Virus record (IMG/VR): IMGVR_UViG_3300010885_072628
Reading direction: 5' to 3' (one strand)
DNA length: 15,025 nucleotides
DNA from: a virus
Taxonomy: Duplodnaviria; Heunggongvirae; Uroviricota; Caudoviricetes
Position 1 is the first letter of the stretch; every line of letters starts with the position of its first letter. This document shows, in pieces, positions 14,016-15,025 of the stretch. A program made the translations under genes and the position numbers. A model generated the notes under the pieces. That model was not told the DNA's origin and did no database searches. It saw only the letters and a program-made list of their open reading frames with translations.

Positions 14016-14428
14016 AACATTTAATTTTTGTTTACGGGACATTAAAGCGTGGGGAGCAAAAAAGCTTCGCCCTAGACGGACAGAGATTTATAGGTATATG
14101 TGCAACAGCAGCCTCTTATAAAATATACCAATATAGTGGATATCCTGCTCTAATAAGAGATGAGATCAATGGAACAGGAATTTGGGGAGAACTATACGAA
14201 GTTACCGACTCTTGTGTTATCGAATTGGACAAACTTGTTCAATCCAATCTATTTGTCCGTAAAGAAATACTTCTTAGCGGCGATATACATCTTTCTGCTC
14301 TTCCATCCGATCAAAGCGTGACAAACAATTTGTTTGTTGAGAAAAAGGCTAATTCTTATGTCTTTTTGAATGCTGAAAAGATATTGAAAGCAAAAGATTG
14401 CGGAATAAATTGGACTAGGAATTCTTGA
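14012..14428 (+). CDS. Gamma-glutamylcyclotransferase/AIG2-like (GGACT/YtfP) fold protein
   Basis: HLIFVYGTLKRGE, GYPAL, IWGELYEVT...ELDKL. Confidence 0.9.
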   Translation: MKHLIFVYGTLKRGEQKSFALDGQRFIGICATAASYKIYQYSGYPALIRDEINGTGIWGELYEVTDSCVIELDKLVQSNLFVRKEILLSGDIHLSALPSDQSVTNNLFVEKKANSYVFLNAEKILKAKDCGINWTRNS

Positions 14429-14435
14429 GGAACAA

Positions 14436-14810
14436 ATGATATCTTACATTTTTTTATTCTTAACTTTTTTTGCTTTTATATTTTTGACATATTCTTTTTT
14501 TTCTTTTCTCAAGCTGAAGAAACATGTCAAAATCATTAAATCTAAGCTTAATTTAGATTTCACAGAAACGCTAAATTTAGCTACAGCAGAACAACTTTTA
14601 AAAGAGTTGAGAAAAAGAGTTAATATGCCTTTTATTCTTTTGATTCCTATAAAAGAAAAAGATTTTAACGGCGTTACCATAGAATCCCATGGGATGAATG
14701 CTATATCTTCATTAGCTATTTTGCATTTAGCCAAATCTATCTTTATGCACGGGTTTAAGAAAAAAGGACAACAGCTTCCTAATCTTCCTCCTTTAGAAGA
14801 TTATTTTTGA
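14436..14810 (+). CDS. Single-pass membrane hypothetical protein (124 aa)
   Basis: GAGGA Shine-Dalgarno; strongly hydrophobic N-terminus ISYIFLFLTFFAFIFLTYSFFSFL followed by a basic stretch. Confidence 0.75.
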   Translation: MISYIFLFLTFFAFIFLTYSFFSFLKLKKHVKIIKSKLNLDFTETLNLATAEQLLKELRKRVNMPFILLIPIKEKDFNGVTIESHGMNAISSLAILHLAKSIFMHGFKKKGQQLPNLPPLEDYF

Positions 14811-14855
14811 CCTAGGGTGTGATTTATTATAAGATTCTCTCAATGGAGAATTCTT

Positions 14856-15025
14856 ATGGAAGATAGAATAAAGAAGGCTATTAAATACACAGATAGAGTA
14901 TTTGATCACAAAGACTTTGATAACTCAAAAAAATCGCTAGAAATAACCAAAGATATAGTAATATCATCTGTTTCTGTAAAGTTTTCAAATAATAACAAAA
15001 GTCCTTGTTGGGAAGCTGCTTTGCT
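14856..15025 (+). CDS. Hypothetical protein, partial (runs off the window)
   Basis: GGAG at 14845-14848, ATG 14856, open to the window end: MEDRIKKAIKYTDRVFDHKDFDNSKKSLEITKDIVISSVSVKFSNNNKSPCWEAAL... Confidence 0.7.
   Translation, partial: MEDRIKKAIKYTDRVFDHKDFDNSKKSLEITKDIVISSVSVKFSNNNKSPCWEAAL

Noticed and set aside
1353-14734. Antisense and alternate-frame ORFs in the track (e.g. 1353-1568, 1691-1918, 4730-4957, 5153-5401, 5773-5961, 5792-6082, 6165-7164 set, 7519-7740, 9363-9608, 9724-9909, 10065-10778, 10779-11111, 11403-11801, 12033-12507 set, 13004-13558 set, 14444-14734)
   Set aside because: They lie within or opposite better-supported genes, lack motifs and ribosome-binding sites, and have shadow-ORF composition.
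533-14810. Stop-codon reassignment as seen in some large phages
   Set aside because: Recognisable genes (clpX, prs, csrA, parB-like) are full length under the standard code, and TAA, TAG and TGA all end tightly packed genes.
14807-14833. TTGACC...TATAAG as a promoter for the last ORF
   Set aside because: The spacer is only 15 nt, so it is not supported well enough.

Overview
AT-rich, densely coded segment most consistent with a large (jumbo-like) dsDNA bacteriophage; this is inferred from gene content and not proven. It holds a collagen-repeat tail/virion gene, a BCS1-like AAA ATPase, a SAM methyltransferase, two glycosyltransferase-like genes, two CsrA paralogues, an SprT-like protease, a minimal ATP-dependent ligase, an orphan ParB-like protein, prs, clpX, a GGCT-fold protein and many hypothetical genes. 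No rRNA, tRNA, CRISPR array or transposase was seen. The strongest unexplained signal is a candidate self-contained viral Csr (CsrA/GGA) translational-control circuit. Two intact csrA genes sit beside several related sigma70-like promoters (TTTACA-N16/17-TAKMCT). These promoters drive GC-rich leaders carrying CsrA-type GGA sites: six GGA in about 60 nt before the ligase-parB operon, including an exact (A/U)CANGGANG(U/A) site over the ribosome-binding site, and three before clpX. A Planctomycetota host is suggested only by recalled family resemblance. All product calls come from motif reading; no database search was run.
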